From contig CAXXOU010000003.1 of the NCBI GenBank assembly GCA_963677495.2, positions 224,001 through 288,000 on the forward strand: DNA of 64,000 nucleotides, read 5' to 3'. Both the position numbers and the translations under genes were made by a program. This document shows positions 18,344 to 26,445 of the stretch, one piece after another (the stretch's first letter is position 1; each line of letters opens with the position of its first letter). A model generated the notes under the pieces. It was not told the origin of the DNA and searched no databases. It saw only the letters and a program-made list of their open reading frames with translations. The DNA is from Candidatus Cloacimonadales bacterium (lineage in GTDB: Bacteria; Cloacimonadota; Cloacimonadia; Cloacimonadales; JAFGVF01).

Positions 18344-19447
18344 TTATTTATAAAATTCCTTAATCTTTTCGATTACGAAGTCCTGTTGCTCGCTAGAAAG
18401 CTCAGAGTAAATAGGGATAGAGATAACTTTCCGGGCCATCTCCTCTGCAACCGGCATATCACCTTCTTTATATCCAAGTTCAGCAAAACATTCTTGAAGA
18501 TGAAGTGGTAGTGGGTAATATACAGCACAGCCAATCTCATTAGATTGGAGGAACTTCAATAACTCATCTCTTCTTTCAGCTTGAAGAGTAAACTGGTTAT
18601 AAATTGATGTGCATTTCGGTGAAATAAATGGAAGCTTGATTCCCTTAACATCAGCAAGATTCTTATAGTAGTAGTCTGCATTAGCTCTGCGAGCATCTGA
18701 CCAACCTTCAAGGTAGTCAAGTTTCACTTTGAGTACTGCTGCGTGCAATGAGTCAAGACGACTATTGAGCCCTACCCATTTATGGAAATACTTAGGCTTT
18801 TCACCATGAACACGAAGCTGTCTTAGATTGTCAGCAACTTCCTCATTATTTGCTAAACACATTCCACCATCACCCATTGTTCCAAGATTCTTACTTGGGA
18901 AGAATGACAGAGTTCCAACATCACCGATCGTTCCGGCAGCTTTATCATTATATTTACAACCAATACCTTGGGCATTGTCTTCGATAACTTTGAGGTTGTG
19001 CTTCTTGGCAATTTCCATTATTGGGTCCATATCACTAGCTTGACCGAAAAGGTGAACCGGCATGATTGCTTTTGTTTTATCAGTAATCTTTGCTTCTATC
19101 AACTCAGGATTGATATTGAAAGTATCAGGACATATATCTACAAATACAGGGATAGCACCAACACGAGCTATAGAACCTGCTGTAGCGAAGAATGTAAATG
19201 GAGTTGTGATAACCTCATCTCCTTCACCAATATTCAATGCTTTTAGAGCAAGAATGAGAGCATCTGTACCGGAAGCACAGCCAATCGCATACTCTGCAGA
19301 TAGGTAACCTTGTACTTTTGCTTCAAACTCTTTAACACTTGGTCCGAGAATATACCAATGACTTTCAAAAACCTTATCCATCTCTTTTCTAATCTCACCC
19401 ATGATAGGCTCATATTGTGCGTGTAAATCAAGTAATGGGACTTTCAT
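18344..19447 (-). CDS. DegT/DnrJ/EryC1/StrS PLP-dependent sugar aminotransferase
   Basis: 'SGTDAL', 'TPFTFFAT', 'IEDNAQ', 'SFFPSKNLG'. Confidence 0.95.
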   Translation of the reverse strand: MKVPLLDLHAQYEPIMGEIRKEMDKVFESHWYILGPSVKEFEAKVQGYLSAEYAIGCASGTDALILALKALNIGEGDEVITTPFTFFATAGSIARVGAIPVFVDICPDTFNINPELIEAKITDKTKAIMPVHLFGQASDMDPIMEIAKKHNLKVIEDNAQGIGCKYNDKAAGTIGDVGTLSFFPSKNLGTMGDGGMCLANNEEVADNLRQLRVHGEKPKYFHKWVGLNSRLDSLHAAVLKVKLDYLEGWSDARRANADYYYKNLADVKGIKLPFISPKCTSIYNQFTLQAERRDELLKFLQSNEIGCAVYYPLPLHLQECFAELGYKEGDMPVAEEMARKVISIPIYSELSSEQQDFVIEKIKEFYK

Positions 19448-19469
19448 TTATGACTCCTAATAGAATGTT

Positions 19470-20915
19470 TTATTGTGTTGTTAGCGAATTTATTCCTAAG
19501 AATATTGTTATTATCTGTGATGTAAATGCTATTACTTTCTGTGTATCTGACCAGAGAGAACGTTCTTGTGCTTGCGGTACAAAGACCATATCACCGGCAT
19601 GAACAACAGTATCTTTCTTTGGTTTAATCCATTGTCCTGTTCTAGCATCAACTATTCTAGAACGTCTAAGCTTGCTATTTCTAATTTTGCCACCGGCTTT
19701 TTCAACCCATTCCTTCCAGGTTAAACCCTCTTCAAAATCGTATAAACCGGGATTCTTAACATGACCTGATACTATTACTTTATCCATCTTCTCCGGAACA
19801 TAGATATATGTGCCCGGCTTAATGTAAGTATTATATGCTTCATCTTTGGTTTCCCAAAGCTTGTTTAAATCTACTGAGTATTTACCCTTCATCTCACGAA
19901 GTCTTAAGATGTAATAACCGTATTCTGCATCTGTCATTGAACCGGTTGACATTCTTTTAAGACGCAAATAGTCTTCATCTTCTATTGTATTTAGATTGGG
20001 ATCTAATACATAAGCTAATTTCATATCACCACGTTCAGATGGACCACCACAAAGTTCTAGAACATCCAACAGACTAATCAAACCACCATTTATAGGGTAT
20101 TTTCCCGGATATTTCACTAATCCTTCAATTGTGATATATTCTCTTCCTACATAATTTGGACGTTTGAAAGCATAGATCTCATCACCATGCTTGATTTCTA
20201 TATCACTTGAGCTACCGGGGTTGTTAATCGCATCGACTAGATTAACAGGTAGTGTTTCTCTTGCTGTCATATCTTCTGTAAATCTATAGATAAATGATCT
20301 ATTGGGGTCAGCATCTAGACTCAAACCTAAACCAAGAGCAGCAATAGTTGAGAGTCTGTCACCTGGAAGTAATTCAAGCTTCTGAACCTGATTCCAGCTA
20401 CCATTAAGACTAACTTCCATCTCTTTACAAGGAACAAAAATCACATCACCATCCATTAAGTATGGATTCTGTTCAGTCTCACCCAAACGGAAATAACGCA
20501 TGAGATCAAGTGTCTCTTCACCACTAGCTCTTGTGAGTTTGATTCTTCTTAATGACATCTTACTTGGAAGATTATCAAAGTTAAGAACCTTTTGATCAAT
20601 AATGGTCTTACTATACGCTTGAGGAGCTTCTTCTTCATTTTGAATAGTCGCCATTACCTCTTCTTCTTGTGCATCAAGCAACTTCTCCATGTCCTGATCG
20701 GTATAGAGCTCATTATCTCTTTCACTAATCAAAGAAGCATTTGGAAGCTGGTTGACCATAAAGATTGCGTCAGAGACTCGATTATTATTATCCATAATAA
20801 CAACACCGGGTTGTCTAACATATCCCACAACATTCACTGTTATTGGTAAAGCTGAGAGCAGTGATACAGCTATTGCAAAAAGTAAAATAAGGTTGAGAAC
20901 TTTTCTATTTCTCAT
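19470..20915 (-). CDS. SLBB-repeat polysaccharide export protein (Wza/KpsD-like)
   Basis: Signal peptide; repeated 'VxGxVxxPGxY' and 'NPYLMDGDVIFVP' motifs; start ATG 20915. Confidence 0.8.
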   Translation of the reverse strand: MRNRKVLNLILLFAIAVSLLSALPITVNVVGYVRQPGVVIMDNNNRVSDAIFMVNQLPNASLISERDNELYTDQDMEKLLDAQEEEVMATIQNEEEAPQAYSKTIIDQKVLNFDNLPSKMSLRRIKLTRASGEETLDLMRYFRLGETEQNPYLMDGDVIFVPCKEMEVSLNGSWNQVQKLELLPGDRLSTIAALGLGLSLDADPNRSFIYRFTEDMTARETLPVNLVDAINNPGSSSDIEIKHGDEIYAFKRPNYVGREYITIEGLVKYPGKYPINGGLISLLDVLELCGGPSERGDMKLAYVLDPNLNTIEDEDYLRLKRMSTGSMTDAEYGYYILRLREMKGKYSVDLNKLWETKDEAYNTYIKPGTYIYVPEKMDKVIVSGHVKNPGLYDFEEGLTWKEWVEKAGGKIRNSKLRRSRIVDARTGQWIKPKKDTVVHAGDMVFVPQAQERSLWSDTQKVIAFTSQIITIFLGINSLTTQ

Positions 20916-21863
20916 AATATTCGATAATCCTCGTAATAATTGAATCCAAGTCATGTTTAGGTTCGTAACCTATGTATTCAGCAATCTTAGAGATATCCGG
21001 CATACGGTCACGCATATCTTCGAAACCCTCTTCAAAAACATCTTCATAAGCCATGTGCTCAATTTTAGAGTTACTGCCAACCATCTCTTTAACTTTATGA
21101 GCTAATGCCTCAATTGAGATTGGGTTTGTGCTACCAACATTAAAGATCTCACCTTCACATTCAGGAGTTTCCATCAATTTGATTAATGCACTACTTACAT
21201 CATCAACATCAGTGAAGCATCTTGATTGCTTGCCATCTCCATAAATAACCATTGGCTGTTCAAGAAGAGCTGCTTTGATAAACTTTGGTACTACCATACC
21301 ATACTGACCTGTCTGGCGTGGTCCAACTGTATTAAATAATCTAACGATAACAACAGGAAGCTTTTTTTCTCTGTGGTAAGCAAGAGCAAAGAATTCATCA
21401 ACAGCTTTTGCAGTACTGTAGCCCCATCTACTGATGTGAGTAGAACCTAGTAGTCTATCATCTTTCTCAGAAAAAGGTATCTTGTCACTTTTGCCATATA
21501 TTTCGCTTGTAGATGTTACGAGAACCTTGACTTTATACTTATTTGCAAGTTCAAGCACGTACTCACTACCACAACATTTGTCTGTAATGACAGAAGTGGA
21601 TTTTCAATAATATATTTTACTCCAACTGCTGCGGCCATATGATATACTTGATCACAACCATTCATAAGCTTATCCATAAGCTCTAAATTAAGAATAGTTC
21701 CAACTGTAATTGAGAAGTTAGGGTTTTTCTTTAAATGAGCAACGTTTTCAAGTCTACCGGTTGAAAGATTATCAAGCACATGCACTTTGTGTCCTTGTGC
21801 CAATAATTTTTCAGCTAAATGAGAACCAATAAATCCTGCTCCACCTGTAATTAATATCTTCAT
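20905..21863 (-). pseudogene. NAD-dependent nucleotide-sugar epimerase/dehydratase split by a 1-nt frameshift near 21572 (may be sequencing error)
   Basis: 'ITGGAGFIGSHL' in the 5' ORF; 'STSEIYGK','YSTAK','RLFNTVGPRQ' in the 3' ORF; junction aat gtt gt ggt agt gag needs one base. Confidence 0.85.
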
Positions 21864-22028
21864 AATAACTCCATTTATCAATATTACCAAGCAAATAAGC
21901 TTATATTAAGCCCAATTCTATAATTGGGAAGTATATATTCACTAAGAAAATAATAATTTTCCAGAGTATTCTATCTTGTCAAATGTTTTAGCTAATTTGG
22001 ACTTGCACCACAACGATAGTACCCCAAT

Positions 22029-22072
22029 CTATGGAGTGCACCATCTATGTTGGTGCGTCTTGTCCCGAAACT
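22029..22072 (+). repeat. REP-like element, GGAG-hairpin family (copy 1)
   Basis: CTATGGAGTGCACCATCTATGTTGGTGCGTCTTGTCCCGAAACT; other copies at 22129, 44744(-), 45372(-). Confidence 0.8.
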
Positions 22073-22128
22073 ATGAAGAGCACAATCATTAGCTCGAATT
22101 CATACTAATTAACGAGTTGAACGCAAAG

Positions 22129-22172
22129 CTATGGAGTGTATCAACTGTGTTGGTGCGTCTTGTCACACAACC
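22129..22172 (+). repeat. REP-like element, GGAG-hairpin family (copy 2, degenerate)
   Basis: CTATGGAGTGTATCAACTGTGTTGGTGCGTCTTGTCACACAACC, 100 bp after copy 1. Confidence 0.75.
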
Positions 22173-22291
22173 CTTAAAGGAGTTCTTCTGAATTTATACA
22201 ACTATCAACTATAAATATTCTCAACCTTTCAGCTCTCCCCACGACATTCTCTTTTCCGACACTAATTCGATTTTCCCAAAAATTAAGCTAC

Positions 22292-22370
22292 CTCCCTTGG
22301 GTTTCCCTTGCCTTTCCCTTGGTTCTCTCTTGCAAAACCAAGAAAAGAGCAAGGGAGGTGCAAGGGAGAG
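22292..22370. repeat. 11-bp phased dyad array (CCCTTG / CAAGGG)
   Basis: CCCTTG at 22294, 22305, 22316, CTCTTG 22327; CAAG(GG) at 22339, 22350, 22361. Confidence 0.8.
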
Positions 22371-22443
22371 TTGGGTGAGATTTCACCATTTATTCCAGAC
22401 TTCCATCAGACTAATTCTACTCCCACCCATCATTCTTCTCTCA

Positions 22444-22578
22444 GCAGTAATTAGTGATTCCAAACTGGTTTATGCTTGGTGATATGTTGGCAAATTCTTG
22501 GCAATTAGGCCAAGAATAGGCCAAGGGTTTACCAAGGGTTTACCAAGGGTTTACCAAGTGTTTACCAAGAATTACTGC
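22444..22578 (+). repeat. Family-1 phased element (GCAGTAAT...ATTACTGC), 6-unit copy
   Basis: Terminal inverted 9-mers; TGG every 11 bp in left arm; CCAAG x6 every 11 bp in right arm. Confidence 0.85.
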
Positions 22579-22739
22579 AGGGATTAGAGGGAGCATAAAA
22601 GGGAAGGAATAAACATGATAAAGAATTGAATCTCGAAATCTCAAATTTATCGAATGTGTTTTCATTCAGTACAGGACAATTTTCTTGTTGGCAATTCCTA
22701 TTAAAACTCTATACTATTTTTACAATAGGAGGAAAAGCG

Positions 22740-23150
22740 ATGGCAGAACTCAAGACTAAAGCAAACAGTGCTAGTGTGATAGAATTTATCGAATCAATTG
22801 AATCAGAGCAAAAGAAGCAGGATTCTTACAGATTACTTGAGCTAATGAAAGAGCTTAGTGGTGAAGAGCCAAAGATGTGGGGCGATAGCATAATAGGTTT
22901 TAGTGACGTACATCTCAAATACGCCAGTGGTAGAGAATTGGACTGGTTCAAAGTTGGTTTCTCTCCACGTAAAAAGGCGATCTCCTTCTACTCCATGCAT
23001 TATTATGACGAATCATCAGATTTACTGCAAAGGCTTGGTAAGCATAAACACGGTAAATCTTGTATATATATTAACAAATTATCAGACATCAATGAGGATG
23101 TTCTAAAAGAGTTGATACAAAACAGTTTAGATTGTAAGGATATGATATGA
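22740..23150 (+). CDS. DUF1801 (YdhG-like) protein
   Basis: 'MAELKT', 'PKMWGDSIIGF', 'GFSPRK', 'LGKHKHGKSCIYI'; AGGAGG SD before ATG 22740. Confidence 0.85.
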   Translation: MAELKTKANSASVIEFIESIESEQKKQDSYRLLELMKELSGEEPKMWGDSIIGFSDVHLKYASGRELDWFKVGFSPRKKAISFYSMHYYDESSDLLQRLGKHKHGKSCIYINKLSDINEDVLKELIQNSLDCKDMI

Positions 23151-23547
23151 AAGATCTATTCCCATACTTAATGTTTAAAGGCAATGCCGAAGAAGCAATG
23201 AACTTCTATAAGGATTGCTTCAACGGTGAAATACTCGGAATCGAAAGATATGATGGTGCTCCAATGCCTGTACCTGAAGAGTTTAAACAAAAGGTCATGC
23301 ATATGACTCTTAAACTTCCAAATGGTACAATCATGGCATCTGACACACATGAGAATATCGAAGATGTTAGTGCTAAAGTGCAATTCTGCGTAAATTTCGA
23401 CAGCCTCCCCGAAATGCAGAAAGCATTTGATAAGATGCTGACTAAAGGTAAAGAAACCATGAAAATCGAACCTCAGTTCTGGGTGACTACATGGGTGCAA
23501 TAGAAGATAACTATGGGATAAAATGGATGTTTATTTGTCCTCAATAA
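23147..23547 (+). pseudogene. VOC/PhnB glyoxalase-like protein with a 1-nt frameshift at GGG 23481-23483 (likely homopolymer error)
   Basis: 'PYLMFKGNAEEAMNFY', 'VMHMTL', 'MASD'; adding one G restores 'QFWGDYMGAIEDNYGIKWMF...' to TAA 23547. Confidence 0.85.
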
Positions 23548-23577
23548 GTAAACGCAATCCTCTTGCCATATAGACAC

Positions 23578-23609
23578 GAAGAGACGTTCTCATGAGCGTC
23601 TCTTCTTTT
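23578..23609 (+). terminator. Intrinsic terminator
   Basis: GAAGAGACG-ttctcatgag-CGTCTCTTC-TTTT. Confidence 0.75.
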
Positions 23610-23681
23610 ATCATTAATTGACAGAAATATAGGAGATAACTATTTAGGTATTAACTAATGTTTGGTGTGAAAGGAGCTATA

Positions 23682-23948
23682 ATGAAAAGAAATGTGTTTC
23701 AGATAGTTATCTCTTTGTTTATTGTAGTAAGAGCTATATCTAATATCACTTTAGGTTGGCACGTAACTTATGCATGGATTACCCTTGCTGTGCTGGCTGT
23801 AACCTTGGTGATAAGAATCAAATTCCCCCAGTTTAGGATAGTTTTTTTTGCTATACTTCTAATTGTAGGTGGCATTTACGTCGTCAAAGAGGGCAATAGA
23901 GTTTACAAAACTAATGGGCATGAGGTTAGTGAAAGTATAGAGGAATAA
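23682..23948 (+). CDS. Small 3-TM membrane protein
   Basis: AAGGAG SD before ATG 23682; TTGACA upstream at 23618; three hydrophobic segments. Confidence 0.65.
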   Translation: MKRNVFQIVISLFIVVRAISNITLGWHVTYAWITLAVLAVTLVIRIKFPQFRIVFFAILLIVGGIYVVKEGNRVYKTNGHEVSESIEE

Positions 23949-24013
23949 ATATACCTTTTATTTATTATAAGATTTAACTTTATTGAAACTCATAATCCTT
24001 ACTGGGTGCATGA

Positions 24014-24148
24014 AAACATCACTGAATTATCTGGACAGGATTAAATAGTTATGGGAACAAAGTTTCTTCAGGAGTTTATTTTTATCAATTGCAAACAGAT
24101 TCGGTTACTTTTATACAAAAGATAGTGTTAATTAAGTTGGAGGTATGA
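24014..24148 (+). pseudogene. Decayed remnant of a C-terminal sorting domain (CTD) gene end
   Basis: Reads KHH*IIWTGLNSYGNKVSSGVYFYQLQTDSVTFIQKIVLIK; in-frame stops upstream, no start. Confidence 0.8.
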
Positions 24149-24387
24149 TGGAAGATAAACAAAAAATAAGGTTTGTTGTTAATATAATTCTATTTTTCTG
24201 TTTTTCGATAGCTCTTTTCATGGGCAAACGTGACGTATTTACATATGTAATCATGGGTGGATTAACTTTAGAAATTGTACTATACTTTGTTACGAAGAAG
24301 TACCCAAAACTAAATCTTTTTTTTATATATTTCAATAGAGCTTTGATTATAGCTATGGCAGTATATGTTTTTAGAAGTATGAGTTAA
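24145..24387 (+). CDS. Small 3-TM membrane protein
   Basis: GGAGG SD; three hydrophobic segments. Confidence 0.6.
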   Translation: MMEDKQKIRFVVNIILFFCFSIALFMGKRDVFTYVIMGGLTLEIVLYFVTKKYPKLNLFFIYFNRALIIAMAVYVFRSMS

Positions 24388-24394
24388 TTAACTA

Positions 24395-24658
24395 ATGGAG
24401 AATAATATGAAACTACCTAATCCCGATAAATTCTATTTAGCTACCTCGATAATGATAGCTATTCTTTTAATTGTTAACATTATCTTTCTTCGATTTGAGG
24501 TATTACTATCTTCGATAATACTCATATTCATTCCGCTTCATATCTTCATAAGAGTTAAATATGGCCGCACTTCGTGGGCTTATTACATCTCTTTATCAGT
24601 AGAGAGTGCATTCACAATCATCTTTGCTTTAAAGCTTTATAGGTTTATTTATTCATAA
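24395..24658 (+). CDS. Small 3-TM membrane protein
   Basis: Follows previous ORF by 7 nt (alternative start MKLP after GGAG); ends at hairpin. Confidence 0.6.
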   Translation: MENNMKLPNPDKFYLATSIMIAILLIVNIIFLRFEVLLSSIILIFIPLHIFIRVKYGRTSWAYYISLSVESAFTIIFALKLYRFIYS

Positions 24659-24683
24659 AGGGCATAGATACTATGCCCTTATA
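24658..24683. terminator. Hairpin between convergent genes, same stem as 26401-26427
   Basis: AAGGGCATAG-ata-CTATGCCCTT-ATA. Confidence 0.65.
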
Positions 24684-24737
24684 ATCTATTAAATTCACTA
24701 GTTCTTATAAGAACTGTGGTGTAACTAAATCGAATAT

Positions 24738-26252
24738 TTACTTAATTTTCAACATCTTCTTTGAGTTACTAACACCATACTCAGAAATATTTCTATAAAA
24801 ATATATGCCTGCTGACATAGATTTACCTGATTTATCACAACCATCCCAATGAACATTACCTTTGCTAGTATCTAGAGTACGTACAAGTTCTCCTCTAATA
24901 TTGAATATTTGTATCTCTTTAAGCTGATTTATTGAACCATTGGTTTTAAAGACGGTTTGATAGTTAAATGGATTAGGATAGTTTGAAACTTCATTAACTA
25001 CTTGTTGCACATTTTCATTGTTTGAAACAGGCAAAAGAGACCAAATTTGCAAGATAGAGCTGTCTCCTCCATAGTTCAGAATAATATCATTATAACCGTC
25101 ACCATTCATATCTCCTGCATCCATACCAATTCCTCTGAAATATTCAATCTCATCTGACATAGGAATTGTATAATCGGGTTGATCATTAAGTTGGTTACCT
25201 CCAAGATAGATGAGAATGTTTTGGGATGACATATCTTCAACAACAATATCATCATAACCATCTGTGTTCACATCGGAGTAGAACATGTGGGTATATTGAT
25301 AGCGACTTTTGCTACTATTTGTACAAATAGTTTCACTTCTAAGAGTATTGTCCGGAGATCCATAATAGATTAACAAATCCATAGTCTGATTGTTGGCTAC
25401 AACGTCATTGAAACCATCACCATTGAAATCACCATCAGCCATACCATTCCATATATTTGATGTGAAGTCTATTTCATTTGCCCCAATATTGCTTCCCCCA
25501 AGTAGCAGTTTGTACTCCATAACTTGGTTAGTGAACTTTGAGTAAAACAGATCATTGATACCGTCTCCATTAACATCACCTGCAAAGACATGCCTTCCAA
25601 CACTGTAGTTGTTTTCCAGGATTTCCCAATCTTCGTTACCGGCAATATCAATGTCAACACCTGGAGAGATTGAATTAGACCCAAACTTAATCCAAACATG
25701 ACCAATATAGTCGTCTGTATTCTCACTATGAGCTACTATATCTTCAATTCCATCTCCGTTGATGTCTCCGGGAAGATATAAGTCATATCTATTGGTTGGA
25801 GAGAATGAAAATGTTTCATCATGCCCCATATCATTAGTAAAGATACCATAAGTAAAGAATGCAGTAGAGTGAACAGGAGTGTGCTTGTTAATAATCAAGT
25901 CACTAATGCTGTCACCATTAATATCTGATCTCCAACTTATTGCAGCTTGCATTGGGGGGTTGCTCTGGACATTGATGATTTCATCAGGTTCATTACTGAT
26001 TGTATGACCTCCATACCATACAGCAATATCGAAGCTGTTCCCATGAATGATTGGATAAAGAAAATCATCATACCCATCATTATTCACATCACCTAACTGG
26101 TCCAATCCCTTTATCAAGAGCCAATCTGCGAATGACGCCGCCCTATCTGATATTTGAGGGTAATTCATAGTGCCTACAAGTTGCAGTTCTTCTGTCGAAA
26201 ACAAAGCTCCCATTAATAGAGCTAAAATGACTAATACATAAATCTTATGCAT
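24738..26252 (-). CDS. Secreted FG-GAP/integrin-alpha-like repeat protein with CTD
   Basis: Signal peptide; ~7 'GDxNGDGxxD' repeats; 'NYPNPFN...WDG...GIYFY...KKMLKIK'. Confidence 0.85.
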   Translation of the reverse strand: MHKIYVLVILALLMGALFSTEELQLVGTMNYPQISDRAASFADWLLIKGLDQLGDVNNDGYDDFLYPIIHGNSFDIAVWYGGHTISNEPDEIINVQSNPPMQAAISWRSDINGDSISDLIINKHTPVHSTAFFTYGIFTNDMGHDETFSFSPTNRYDLYLPGDINGDGIEDIVAHSENTDDYIGHVWIKFGSNSISPGVDIDIAGNEDWEILENNYSVGRHVFAGDVNGDGINDLFYSKFTNQVMEYKLLLGGSNIGANEIDFTSNIWNGMADGDFNGDGFNDVVANNQTMDLLIYYGSPDNTLRSETICTNSSKSRYQYTHMFYSDVNTDGYDDIVVEDMSSQNILIYLGGNQLNDQPDYTIPMSDEIEYFRGIGMDAGDMNGDGYNDIILNYGGDSSILQIWSLLPVSNNENVQQVVNEVSNYPNPFNYQTVFKTNGSINQLKEIQIFNIRGELVRTLDTSKGNVHWDGCDKSGKSMSAGIYFYRNISEYGVSNSKKMLKIK

Positions 26253-26400
26253 ACTAAACCTCCGTAAGAATGATACAGTTATAATATGCTAATTTCGTTC
26301 CAAAGGCTCAGATGTAAGTTTGTAATTAGTTGATGACATGTTATTTCCAGTATTTGAAGTTCCAAGAGAAAAGGGAGTCTATTTATGTATCTATATAGAG

Positions 26401-26427
26401 AAGGGCATAGAAAACTATGCCCTTATA
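26401..26427 (-). terminator. Hairpin downstream of giant beta-helix gene
   Basis: AAGGGCATAG-aaaa-CTATGCCCTT-ATA. Confidence 0.65.
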
Positions 26428-26445
26428 CTTGCTGTAGGCTATAGA

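Noticed and set aside
22029..22172. Two 44-bp repeats 100 bp apart as a mini-CRISPR
   Set aside because: Only two diverged copies, 56-bp gap, dispersed copies elsewhere, no cas genes; fits REP better
22505..22570. CCAAG 11-mer tandem array as CRISPR or plasmid iterons
   Set aside because: No unique spacers and no rep gene; part of a dispersed chromosomal element
22740..24658. Small-gene run as integron cassettes
   Set aside because: No integrase and no convincing attC sites; genes have their own promoter and terminator signals
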